64,000 nucleotides of DNA from an uncultured Methanoregulaceae archaeon (GTDB lineage Archaea > Halobacteriota > Methanomicrobia > Methanomicrobiales > Methanospirillaceae): contig OY969564.1 of assembly GCA_963701095.1 (NCBI GenBank), positions 1,408,001 through 1,472,000 of the forward strand. The letters run 5' to 3'. The notes below the pieces were generated by a model, which ran no database searches, had not been told where the DNA came from, and saw only the letters and a program-made list of their open reading frames with translations. Shown piece after piece: positions 12,029 to 22,468 of the stretch (position 1 is the stretch's first letter; the number at the start of each line of letters is the position of its first letter). Both the position numbers and the translations under genes were made by a program.

Positions 12029-12340
12029 TTAAATTCCCCAGTTCTTGATTTCACGAATGGAAGCACCCGGAAGCAAGTGCAGGAAAAATCCTTCCACTAC
12101 TCCCCGAAAAGCCGCTTCTTTAGAAGAATACGTTCTGGAATCTCGGTAATAATCTTTGGCTCCTTTCTCCCGCACGACAAGGTTTGGGATGCCATAATAT
12201 TCGCTACCCGATCGCATAATTTTAATTTTAAGAGGGACTTCGACATCCCTTATAGTGATCTCATAAATTCCGACTAATTCCCGTATAAGCAGGATATCCG
12301 GGTGCTGCCTGATGTAGTCTTCCTCTGATGCTGGCGTCAC
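12029..12340 (-). CDS. Hypothetical protein
   Basis: Protein-like ORF filling the gap; start uncertain (GTG 12340). Confidence 0.55.
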   Translation of the reverse strand: MTPASEEDYIRQHPDILLIRELVGIYEITIRDVEVPLKIKIMRSGSEYYGIPNLVVREKGAKDYYRDSRTYSSKEAAFRGVVEGFFLHLLPGASIREIKNWGI

Positions 12341-12601
12341 AAGCGTATATAGACAGCCATACAGGAAAAAGGATCGGTTTTTTCGTTTTGTCTCTATTTT
12401 GCAGAATATTTCTAAACTTGGATTTTCCGTACCTAAATGTACCATAAACCGCTGGCTGGTTTATGTTAAACCCGCAAGAATATGAAGATTATACGTTCGC
12501 AGAAAGGAGACTTTCCGTGTACATCTTTGACCCGGTTTTGTTTCTTAAACGTTGAAACCGCAGTCTTTATGCCGCAGTCGCAGGTATCTACTAAGAAGTA
12601 T

Positions 12602-13300
12602 ATGACCAGAAAATGCGGAAACTGCGGTGCACCTGCCCCTGACACCAATTCACGGTTCTGCGACCTGTGCGGAGCGCCGCTTATCCTGGAGCCGGTAACC
12701 CCTCAGGGTCTGCCGGTCTGCCCAACCTGTGGAGCTGTCGTTTCTGATAAGAAAGCTCAGTTTTGCGATGTTTGCGGTGGACCACTTGCAAAACCGGTCT
12801 GCCCTGTTTGTGGCAACCAAGCACCGTCTCCCCGCTCAAAATTTTGCACCCGTTGCGGCGCAACCTTCGTACCTGGAGTTCAGGGCGGGAAAAATCGTGC
12901 CACGCCAACCGCACCTGCACCAGTACCAGAATCTGAGCCTGTGGTCATACGGCCAAAGAAAAGTCGCCTGCCAACATCTGAAGACCCTTCCTCAGAATGG
13001 GATCCCTGGACCGATGGTGACCCGCTCTACGATATTTCAACCCCTCTTCCGCAACAACCTCAGCAAAAACCCTTGAATAATCTCCAGCGTATTGCCGAGG
13101 GAACAGCACGAGTACCTCGACCTGCCCCGGAACAAATGCTCCATTCTTCCGGGCCGCAGAAAAAATATTCTCACCTTCCTCTCGTTGCCGATGAATTAAA
13201 ACGGGATACTGAACGCCATATTGCTCCTGATACTGCAGAAAGCGAAAAACCGGGCGTAAACACAAACAGGAAAAAAAGGGAGGGATATTCAAATTTTTGA
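12602..13300 (+). CDS. Double zinc-ribbon domain protein with Pro-rich tail
   Basis: Three CxxCG..FCxxCG units; the C-terminus may be shifted in the A-run at ~13271 (alternative end KKGGIFKFLK* at 13305). Confidence 0.8.
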   Translation: MTRKCGNCGAPAPDTNSRFCDLCGAPLILEPVTPQGLPVCPTCGAVVSDKKAQFCDVCGGPLAKPVCPVCGNQAPSPRSKFCTRCGATFVPGVQGGKNRATPTAPAPVPESEPVVIRPKKSRLPTSEDPSSEWDPWTDGDPLYDISTPLPQQPQQKPLNNLQRIAEGTARVPRPAPEQMLHSSGPQKKYSHLPLVADELKRDTERHIAPDTAESEKPGVNTNRKKREGYSNF

Positions 13301-13379
13301 AATGAAAGTATAGCAGAAATTACAGAACATATTTTGTGCTCTTTCAACATCCCTTACGGCATAGTGGCATTTACAATAG

Positions 13380-14213
13380 TCATGTGAAATACCGGACAAT
13401 GTTCCGGAAGATTGTCATATTTAGTGATTCTTCCGGGATCTTTTCTCCTTTCCGCCTCATTTGTTCTTTGAGCAGTGGCCAGTCATAAAGGTTAGTAAAT
13501 TCCATAGCCCTTTCAGGATGAGGCATCATACCTAACACCTTACCGTCCGCAGATGTGAGACCGGCGATGTCCTCTAAAGAGCCATTCGGGTTGAATGGAT
13601 ACTCGCCGCAGGCAGGGTTCAGATCATCCCTGCAGTACGTGAAGGCGATCTGCCGGTGTTTTTTGATCCGCAGGAGAGTCTCAGAAGAACAGTAAAGGTT
13701 TCCTTCTCCGTGAGATACCGGGCAGAAGAGTTTGACGATCCCATGTGTCCAGATAGTATCTGCACCAGGACGGATCGTCACAAACCTGCATTCGAGCCGC
13801 CCGCTCCTGTTGGGCATAAGGGCGATCTCCCGTGAGTACGAGCGATCAAATGCAGGGACAAGACCGAGATTTGCAAGGATCTGGAAACCATTGCATATAC
13901 CAAGGACAAGATTTTCGCCATCTAAAAATTCCAGAAGATCATCCCAGAGATTGTTTCTCACGCGGTTTGCATATGCGTTGCCTGCACCTGTATCATCGCC
14001 ATAGGAAAAACCGCCAGGAAAAATCAGGAGGCGGTAATCCGACAGATGTTGGCGCCCTGCAATCAGATCATTGATGTGAATAATATCCGCATCCATACCG
14101 GCCCGGAGGAACGCCTCCCGCGTTTCCATTTCAGAATTAATCCCGTACCCGCTCATGATGAGGGCTTTTTCCTGTATATGAGGTCGTAATGATAATTTTT
14201 GTGCAGGTGGCAT
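13380..14213 (-). CDS. purQ: FGAM synthase glutamine amidotransferase subunit
   Basis: GYGINSE.ET, PGGFSYGDD, LGICNGFQIL, SHGEG, GMMPHPER; own ATG at 14213. Confidence 0.92.
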   Translation of the reverse strand: MPPAQKLSLRPHIQEKALIMSGYGINSEMETREAFLRAGMDADIIHINDLIAGRQHLSDYRLLIFPGGFSYGDDTGAGNAYANRVRNNLWDDLLEFLDGENLVLGICNGFQILANLGLVPAFDRSYSREIALMPNRSGRLECRFVTIRPGADTIWTHGIVKLFCPVSHGEGNLYCSSETLLRIKKHRQIAFTYCRDDLNPACGEYPFNPNGSLEDIAGLTSADGKVLGMMPHPERAMEFTNLYDWPLLKEQMRRKGEKIPEESLNMTIFRNIVRYFT

Positions 14214-14214
14214 A

Positions 14215-17156
14215 TCAGAACCCCCGGTAAGGCGATTTGTATGCCTCTTCCAATTTTTTGATTTCCTGATCCAAAAGGAGCTCCTGACCAGTAATCCGGA
14301 GCCGGTTTCCCCGGTTTTTCCCAGCAGTAACGCATCGGCACCGATCGTTTGTTCAAAAGCCCGTTTATGATCAGGTGCTACCGTAACAAGGACCCGTGCA
14401 AGAGTCTCTGAGAAAAGGAATAAATCCGGTCGCATATTGGTAGGGATAGTTATATCCATGCCAAGTTGACCGGCAATCGCAACCTTTGCAAGCGCAATAC
14501 CCAATCCCCCATGATTCACCGGGTATGCCGACGCGACTAATTCGTGGGCGATTGCATTTGAAAGCCGGGCATAGCGTGCTTGTGCCATCGCTGCATCGAG
14601 TCGGGGAACAACAATCCCTGAAACACCAAGATGGGCATAATATTCAGATCCGCCCAGTTCTTCCTCAGTCCCGCCAATAACATAAACCAGATCTCCTGTT
14701 ATCTTTGCATCGAGAGAGACCACCTTTGTAATATCTCCATGAATACCAATAGAGGAAATCAGGAGCGTGGGGGGGACCGAGACTTTCACCCGGTTATTCT
14801 CACCATCATAGCCGGAAAAATCATTGAACATACTATCTTTCCCGGAAATAAATGGCGTCCCGAACGCTTTGGCATAATCATAGCAACCCATTGCTGCCTG
14901 TTTAAGCTGCCAGAGCCGGCCCGGTTCATCAGATGAGCACCAGCAGAAATTGTCAAGGAGTGCAATAGCGTCAAGAGGAATGCCGATGGATACGAGCCCC
15001 CGAATCGCAGTGTCGATAGCAGCCCCTGCCATAGAATAGGGATCGATCTCAGAATAAGCCGGGAAAAGTGCCTGGCAGAGCCCCACCGCTTTTCTTGAGC
15101 CTGGCACCACTTTGGTAAGTGTGGCAATCGACTGCACCCGCCCCTTTCCCTGCACGGGACCTAGTACATGACCTCCTTGCACGGTATGGTCATACTGGAT
15201 CGAGATAAATTCAGTTGAACAGATGTTCGTCCGGGCGAGCATTGCAATGAGGGTCCCACCAAGGTGATCCGGGCATGGCGGCATTGGGTCAGGATTTGTC
15301 AATTTTACCGGAGTTGTTATGAGATGTTTCCGGGGTAGCCCATCATGCAGGAATGCAAGATCGATATCCATAACGATCTCTCCGCGGTATTCCACCACAC
15401 ACTTTCCCGTATTCGTAAAAGTTCCTATTACGGTCGCTTCCACCTCACGGCTGGAAAGAAGATCAGTAAATGCTTTGAGATTTTCAGGAGGAACTGCAAG
15501 CGTCATCCGCTCCTGAGATTCGGAGATCCAGATCTCCCACGGTGCCATTCCGGGATACTTGAGGGGAACCAGGTCTAGTGTCACATGGCACCCATTACAT
15601 TCCTTTGCCATCTCAGCAACAGAACAGGAAAGGCCGCCAGCGCCGTTATCAGTAATGCTCCGGTACAGACCAAGATCCCGGGCCTCCTTCACGATCACAT
15701 CTGAAAATTTCTTCTGGGTAATGGGATCTCCTATCTGGACAGCAGTGACCGGGCTCTCCGGGTCAAGAGCCTCAGAAGAGAATGTGGCGCCGTGTATACC
15801 GTCCTTTCCCACACGCCCGCCGACCATTATAATAAGGTCTCCGGGTTCTGCCTTTTTCTCGTAGAGATTTCGGCCATTGTGCTTCCTTGGCATAATACCG
15901 ACGGTGCCAGCAAAAACGAGAGGTTTTCCCGCATAGCGGTTATCAAACCAGCAAAAGCCCTGTGGTGTCGGGATACCAGAGCAATTGCCCCCCACCCCGA
16001 CGCCACGCACGACACCTTCAAATATCTGCCTTGGAGCGAGAATGGGGTTGGTACGATCTCTTCCCCGGAACAGTTTCGGGTCCGTTGCCGGATCGCCAAC
16101 GCAGAATCCGTAAATATTGATACAGGGTTTTGCGCCAAGACCAAAACCGATCGTATCCCGGTTTACTCCGACAATACCGGTAAGCGCCCCCCCAAAAGGA
16201 TCGAGCGCTGATGGAGAGTTATGGGTCTCAACTTTATGGGTTACGAGATATTCTTCGTCAAAAACAATTGCGCCAGAGTTATCAGTAAATACCGAAACGC
16301 AGATATCACGTTCCCCTTTATCGGCCCTGATCTCTGTCGTCGCGGCCTGGATATACGTCTTGTAGAGACCTTCAGGGACATCGTCGTCCATAGCTGAAGC
16401 AAATATCGTATGCTTGCAGTGCTCGCTCCATGTTTGTGCGAGAGATTCAGACTCTATGTCGGTAGCCTTTCTTCCTCTTTTTTCAAAATAATCCCGGATT
16501 GCATGAAGCTGGGCAAGATCGAGCGCAAGCGGTCCCCGTCGCTGGCCGGTCTGAGGATCAGGGATGCCTTCCTTACCAATCCGGGCAAGCTCTGCATCCG
16601 AAATAGCGAGATCTACGCTGCCTGCCACCTGGACCTCGTGGAGCCTGACTTGAGGGACAACACGTTCCATTCCGTTTTCCCCGTATTCCTGGCGTGTCTT
16701 GGTAATTACTCTGTTGACAAGAGGGTTTGCAAGTGTGGCTGCGAGTCGCATCTGCTCATCGGGAGTAAGCCTGCCACGAGCGAGGTATAGTGAAGATGAT
16801 GATACCATCTCTCCCTCCTCAAATGGCATGCCAAGATAGTCTTCAATGGTCTGGCGGGCTGTAGCGCCCACATTGTCAGTTACTCCAGGTAAAAACCCGA
16901 CTTCGATCGCGTAATCGAAAAGGGCCCGGGTCGCTTCGTCCACCACGAATTCCTGCACTACGGGATTGCTGAGCCTGGCACCAATCTCGGCAAGTTCAGC
17001 TGAGCTGAGGTCCCTGCAAATAGTGGCGATTGTATAGATGTCGACCAGCTGCAGCGCCTCTATGGCAAAACCGAGTGAACGGATTCGGTCAGTGCGGATT
17101 TTTTCGCGAGGATCTTTTATATACTGAACTTCTATGCGGTGGACAAAAGAAGCCAT
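14215..17156 (-). CDS. purL: FGAM synthase PurL, long form with N-terminal extension; 1-nt deletion at ~14311 creates a false fusion to purQ
   Basis: QTWSEHCKH, KVETHNSPS, DNGAGG, SESQERM, ISGKDS; the alternative frame ends ..EEAYKSPYRGF* at 14215. Confidence 0.92.
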
Positions 17157-17246
17157 AGATACTCGTATGCCCTTAAAGGAGAAAAGACGTATCGTTTCGA
17201 TAAGATCTCACCCTGATATGAGCATCAGCCAGAATTAAAAAAGATC

Positions 17247-17741
17247 TTAATTTTTCCATCGGGTAACGGTAACCGGATCGATCATCGCATTGATGGCGAG
17301 ATCAAAGGGCACGGTTCCGGTCCAACCGGCCCGTACAAACATATCCTGGAAACAGACACCAACAACTTTTGCGCCACAGTGGCTGATAGTGAGATCCCGC
17401 ACCTGTTCTTTGGTAACCGGCATCAGTGGCATAGCAAGCCCCCCCATAATGACAAGGACACGGGCCTCTGTGACCGCCAGTGGTTCGCCGGATGCCTGCA
17501 TGCCGATATCCGGAACGTCATGGATGGTATGAGCTTTTGCCTCGTCAATCAGGGGTACAAAGGCCTGACGGAGATGGAGTCCACGTATCGCAACGGCAAG
17601 TAATTCGACAAATGGAGTGCAGGTTCCGACACATCCGTAGTAAACGACAAGATCCCCTTCCTTGAGGTTAAGGCTTTTTATATATTCTTTGAACGGGCGA
17701 AGGATGCCGGGTATTCCGCGCAGGGATTCAGATTCGTTCAT
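17247..17741 (-). CDS. DUF2124-like methanogen protein
   Basis: YYGCVGTCTPFVELL and MGGLAMP..VGVCF motifs; start ATG 17741. Confidence 0.7.
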   Translation of the reverse strand: MNESESLRGIPGILRPFKEYIKSLNLKEGDLVVYYGCVGTCTPFVELLAVAIRGLHLRQAFVPLIDEAKAHTIHDVPDIGMQASGEPLAVTEARVLVIMGGLAMPLMPVTKEQVRDLTISHCGAKVVGVCFQDMFVRAGWTGTVPFDLAINAMIDPVTVTRWKN

Positions 17742-17799
17742 AGGTAACCAAACATCAGCATAAAAGACTATTAAGAATTCCAAAAATATCTTCCCTCTT

Positions 17800-18296
17800 T
17801 TAACAGAACCGAGTGTCAGACCGTGTGTGCTGCGCATTCTGAGCGACCGCCGTGAGCCAGCCGCAGCGTTCTCCGGGATACGCATCGAACTCCGGTACAT
17901 AGGGTTTAATGTCCAGAAGAGGTGTCCCGTCGATAACATCAACATCCTCGATTGAAAGGACACAACTGTCAACACCAGTAAGTTTCACGATCGACATACC
18001 GATAGCATTAGGGCGTTTCGGCGATCGCGTTGCAAAGACTCCCCGGGGAACGGGATCAAGAAAAGGAGTGACTTTAAGGGATACCCCGAACTCATGTGCA
18101 ATGCGTACAACAAGATAATCCGGGAGAACTCTTCGAGATCGGTGAGCCCCTCGCATAAATCAGGAACGATATCTATTGTCCCCCGCACACCCCTTGCCCC
18201 ATTCGGTTGGATGGGCATGCCCGCGATATTGGTAAAAGGTGAGTGAATCATGCCAATAGGCTTGTATGCATATGCCGGACTTGATGTATCACGCAT
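17800..18296 (-). CDS. trmO: tRNA m6t6A37 methyltransferase TrmO/TsaA family; frameshift at ~18080
   Basis: KPIG.IHSPF..PIQP in one frame; RGVFATRSPKRPNAIG..DGTPLLDIKPY in the next. Confidence 0.88.
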
Positions 18297-18394
18297 GAAG
18301 ATCTATGATGCACGGAAAGGTAAAAATTCCCGGTACAGCAATCCGGGAACTACTTTAGGTAATACGATCAACGTTTTTGGAGGAAAGTCGCCGT

Positions 18395-19183
18395 ATGGGA
18401 CAGAAAGCATTATTTTTCCGGTCAGAAAACCTCGCTATCATCAACGAGGATATATTCGCCACCCGTGCAATTCCGGCACATGATATTGATCTTGTAATAA
18501 CATCGCCTCCCTACAACGTCGAAATCAGGTACAATTCCCACAATGACCGGCTTACGTATGAAGAATATCTGAAATTCTCGAAACGGTGGATGAAACGCTG
18601 TTTCCGTTGGCTCCGAAAGGATGGCCGGTTTTGCCTCAATATCCCGCTTGATAAAAATAAGGGAGGCCGGCAAAGTGTTGGTGCCGATCTAACAACAGTA
18701 GCAAAAGAATGCGGGTTTACCTATCACACAACCATTGTCTGGAACGAGGGAAATATATCGCGCAGGACCGCGTGGGGATCATGGGCAAGCGCATCCGCAC
18801 CGTACGTTATCGCACCTGTGGAGCTGATTGTTGTACTCTATAAGGATTCGTGGAAAAAAACCAGCGGCTCGCTAAAATCCGATATCACGCCGAACGAATT
18901 CAAGGATTGGACAAACGGCCTTTGGACATTCAATGGTGAACGCAAGACCCGGATCGGGCATCCTGCCCCCTTCCCTGTGGAATTGCCATTGCGATGCATG
19001 AAACTATTCTCCTTTGTCGGAGACCATGTACTCGATCCTTTCATGGGTAGCGGTAGCACACTTCTCGCCGCCTTACAATGCGACCGGAGGTCAGTCGGTA
19101 TCGAGATCGACACCCAATATTGCAACCTTGCAGTTCGCCGAATCGAAGAGGAAACAGTTAAGCGGAACTCAAATCCAGAATGA
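18395..19183 (+). CDS. Orphan beta-class amino-methyltransferase, probably N4-cytosine; candidate target CCGG
   Basis: ITSPPYN (motif IV) precedes VLDPFMGSGST (motif I); HPAPFP; no adjacent nuclease gene. Confidence 0.88.
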   Translation: MGQKALFFRSENLAIINEDIFATRAIPAHDIDLVITSPPYNVEIRYNSHNDRLTYEEYLKFSKRWMKRCFRWLRKDGRFCLNIPLDKNKGGRQSVGADLTTVAKECGFTYHTTIVWNEGNISRRTAWGSWASASAPYVIAPVELIVVLYKDSWKKTSGSLKSDITPNEFKDWTNGLWTFNGERKTRIGHPAPFPVELPLRCMKLFSFVGDHVLDPFMGSGSTLLAALQCDRRSVGIEIDTQYCNLAVRRIEEETVKRNSNPE

Positions 19184-19320
19184 ATTCAAATCAAAAGAGG
19201 TGATCGAGGATAAGGATTCTATTTTAGTCATCTTGATCTTTTTCTTTTTACCTAAATATGCTCATGCTCGGAATGTAATCGAAAATTATAACCCATAAAA
19301 TTCTTTATATATATAGTGTA

Positions 19321-20615
19321 ATGAAAAAAGAGACGAGTCAGACACCGTTTGATCAGAGACTCTTTTTAATTTTCATCGTTACTTTTGCATCGATGATAGC
19401 ATTCGAATTTGCTGCCCAGTTCCTCTTTCCGTATGCACCTGACTGGCGTTCAAACCTTATTACCAGTCTTTTTACAAGCGGTCTTGCAGTCATCATTGCC
19501 TATTTTCCACTCAATAATTATTACAGCACAGCCACGAAGCTCTCATCAGAGGTAGAAAGGCGTCATGTGGTGGAAAATGAGTTGCGGGAGCGTGAAGAGC
19601 AGCTTAGAAGAACCTTTGACCAGTCCCCAGTGGGATCCGGAATCCTTTCAACGGCTCTCCGGTTTACCGGGTAAATGATACCCTGTGCGCAATAACAGGA
19701 TACACACCGGAGGAGCTTCTTTCCCAATCCATTACCTCAATTCTTCTTCCCGAAGAGATAAATCAGGTTATCACCTGTACAGAAACCCTCAAAAGAGGTG
19801 ATGCCAATGGAGATGAAAGCGATTTGCACCTGGTACGAAAAAACGGAGACAAGATCTGGGTGCATCAGTCGATCCGTCTCATCCGTGAAGATGATGGAAC
19901 CCCCCTGTACTTTATCCCGATGTATTTGGATATAAACGACCGTAAGCTTACGGAGGATGCCCTCCAGAAAACCAATAAAAAACTCTCGATTCTTTCAGCC
20001 ATCACCAGACATGATATCAGAAACCAGCTGACGGGGTTATCCGTATTCCTGCAACTAATGAAAAATGAATTCCAGAATGATCCGGTTCTGCAGAATTATG
20101 TTGTTAAACTTATTGCCTGCAGTGATGCCATAGAACGGCAGATCGAATTTACCCGGAATTACGAGGCCCTGGGGAGCGCAACCGCCAGTTGGTTTGATGT
20201 ATACCGGGGTATTTTTGAAGAGGCACAACACCTGCCTCTCGAAGGTATAACCGTGGACACCGGAGTAAAGGGATATTCAATATACGCGGACCCGCTTATA
20301 GGTAAGGTCTATTATAATCTCATCGAAAACTCCCTCCGGCATGGTGATCATGTGACAAAGATTGCATTTACCATGAACGAAACAGAAAATGGACTAGAGA
20401 TCTTGTATACTGATAATGGCGTGGGGATACAGCCTTTGGAAAAAGAGAAGATATTTCTCCGGGGTTACGGCCGTAATACCGGACTTGGTCTGTTTTTAAT
20501 CCGGGAAATCCTTGCAACTACAGGTATCAATATAACTGAGATCGGGACACACGGAGCTGGAGCCCAATTTGAAATTATCGTTCCCAAAGGTGCGTACCGT
20601 TTTTCAGAGTCTTAA
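19321..20615 (+). CDS. Membrane-anchored PAS histidine kinase; 1-nt deletion at ~19667
   Basis: Two TM segments, PAS (FDQSPVG..RVND.LCAITGY after frame repair), ITRHDIRNQL H-box, NLIENS.RHG, DNGVGI, TGLGLF. Confidence 0.87.
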
Positions 20616-20781
20616 CTTTGATTTCCGGGGTTTGGAAAATTTATCAATAGATGTGGGTTGCCTCACATTCCGACAGCGATCGAAGAATTCGTCTGATTCT
20701 TAATTGCCTCCGGACTATGACACATCGACCCCTTTTGCCGACAGGAAAGGTTGTATACACTCAAACAAAACCTATAGGATC

Positions 20782-21006
20782 ATGCAATACACAATTGTCT
20801 TCGAACCTGACGACGAAGGCGGTTTTACCGCCCGCTGCGTTGAGATCCCGGGGACTGTTTGCAAGGGTGCCGACAAAGGAGAAGCGCTCGCCCATCTTAA
20901 AGAGGTAATCAGTCAGGTGCAACAGGACTGGCAGGCCGACCTGCACCGTATGATCACATCTCTTTCATCTGATATTATCAGGATCGATGTCGCAGAAACC
21001 GCGTAA
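20782..21006 (+). CDS. HicB-like antitoxin family protein
   Basis: YTIVFEPDDEGGFTARCVEIPG..GADKGEAL.HLKE pattern. Confidence 0.75.
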   Translation: MQYTIVFEPDDEGGFTARCVEIPGTVCKGADKGEALAHLKEVISQVQQDWQADLHRMITSLSSDIIRIDVAETA

Positions 21007-21134
21007 CCGTGGTAAGCACCTTCAGGGTTTTACATCCTCATAAATTTTATACCTATTTTTCAGGGTTTTCTGCCTTGTGCATCAGATCTCATTAAACGAG
21101 AGTATATTATTTTAGTACGTGAAGCGGCCAACAC

Positions 21135-22355
21135 ATGTACGATAAGCGCATCAGTTCTGGTGAAACCATTACGTTTGTTTTTGCCCGACGTATCCAGCAT
21201 GCACCGGCATCATTCCTGGGGGAGCTCTTCAGAGTCTCATCTGATCCATCCATTATTTCATTTGCCGGAGGATTGCCCTCATCCGAGCTGATCGATACAG
21301 AAGGGATTTCATCCGCCGCTCAGGACGTTTTTAAAACAGATCCACGTACGGCATTGCAGTATTCGACAACAGATGGCTACCGACCGTTACGGGAATACAT
21401 AGCAGATCGGTATCGCTCAAGGCTCGGTGTTCCGGCCACCGCTGACGAAATTCAGATCACCAACGGTTCCCAACAATGTCTCGATCTCTTCGCGAAGATA
21501 TTCCTCGATCCGGGGGACCTTGTAGGGATGGAACGACCGGGATATCTTGGGGCTATAGAGGCATTTTCGCTTTATGAGCCGGAATTTTTAACTGTACCGC
21601 TCAACCATGAAGGTCCCGACACGGTTGTTTTTGAAAAAACGATGAAGGAAAAGCCGGTAAAATTTTTTTACGGAATTCCTAACTGCCAGAACCCTTCAGG
21701 TTGTACGTATTCTCAGGAAAGACGCAAAGAGATTGCCGAAATACTAAGTGATACGGAAACGGTCTTTTATGAAGATGATGCATTCGGCGAACTCTTCTTT
21801 GATGGGACCCCCCGGCTACCGATAAAACGTTTTCTAATGGAAAACACGGTGATCTCAGGATCGTTCTCCAAAATCACTGCGCCCGGTATGCGGATCGGAT
21901 GGATGTATGCTTCTTTTGAGATCCTCAAGGAATTCAACATAGCAAAACAGGCTGCAGATCTCCACTCAAATTTTCTCTGCCAACAGATCCTCCACAGATA
22001 TCTGGTAACCAATGATCTCGATAGCCATATCCGGAAAATCGTATCGGTATATAGGCGACAGTGCCAGCTGATGTGCGATCTCTTCGATGACCTGATGCCA
22101 TCCTTGACTCACACGACTCCTGAAGGGGGGATGTTTCTTACTGCTGAACTCCCCTCAGGCCTTCACGCTATGAAAGTCTTTGAAGAGGGTGTCCGGGAAA
22201 AAGTTGCGGTATTGCCGGGGATGCCATTTTTTGTTGATGGCGGAGGCACTAATATTATCCGGCTCAACTTCTCCAATGCCAATGAGGAAAGGATCACTGA
22301 AGGCATGTACCGGCTTGCAAAGGTTATCAACGGGCTTTCCTCAAAAAAATCTTGA
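21135..22355 (+). CDS. PLP-dependent aminotransferase class I (LysN/ARO8-like)
   Basis: ISFAGGLP, TNGSQQ.LD, QNPSG, GSFSKITAPGMRIGW. Confidence 0.9.
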   Translation: MYDKRISSGETITFVFARRIQHAPASFLGELFRVSSDPSIISFAGGLPSSELIDTEGISSAAQDVFKTDPRTALQYSTTDGYRPLREYIADRYRSRLGVPATADEIQITNGSQQCLDLFAKIFLDPGDLVGMERPGYLGAIEAFSLYEPEFLTVPLNHEGPDTVVFEKTMKEKPVKFFYGIPNCQNPSGCTYSQERRKEIAEILSDTETVFYEDDAFGELFFDGTPRLPIKRFLMENTVISGSFSKITAPGMRIGWMYASFEILKEFNIAKQAADLHSNFLCQQILHRYLVTNDLDSHIRKIVSVYRRQCQLMCDLFDDLMPSLTHTTPEGGMFLTAELPSGLHAMKVFEEGVREKVAVLPGMPFFVDGGGTNIIRLNFSNANEERITEGMYRLAKVINGLSSKKS

Positions 22356-22468
22356 ATTGAAAGAGTAAATGAGCCTCCGGTTATAACTACCGGTTTTTTA
22401 GGTGACCCCCGTATATTCTCTTTTTATATAGAAGCATACGCCAGAGTTGTATATCAGGATGAGATAGT

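Noticed and set aside
13380..17156. 1258-aa PurL-PurQ fusion shown in the ORF track
   Set aside because: The linker is out-of-frame sequence. One added base at the CCGG at 14311 gives a natural PurL end (TGA 14215) one base before the purQ ATG.
18395..20615. Restriction-modification or defence island around the methyltransferase
   Set aside because: The neighbours are trmO and a histidine kinase; no nuclease-like ORF is present.
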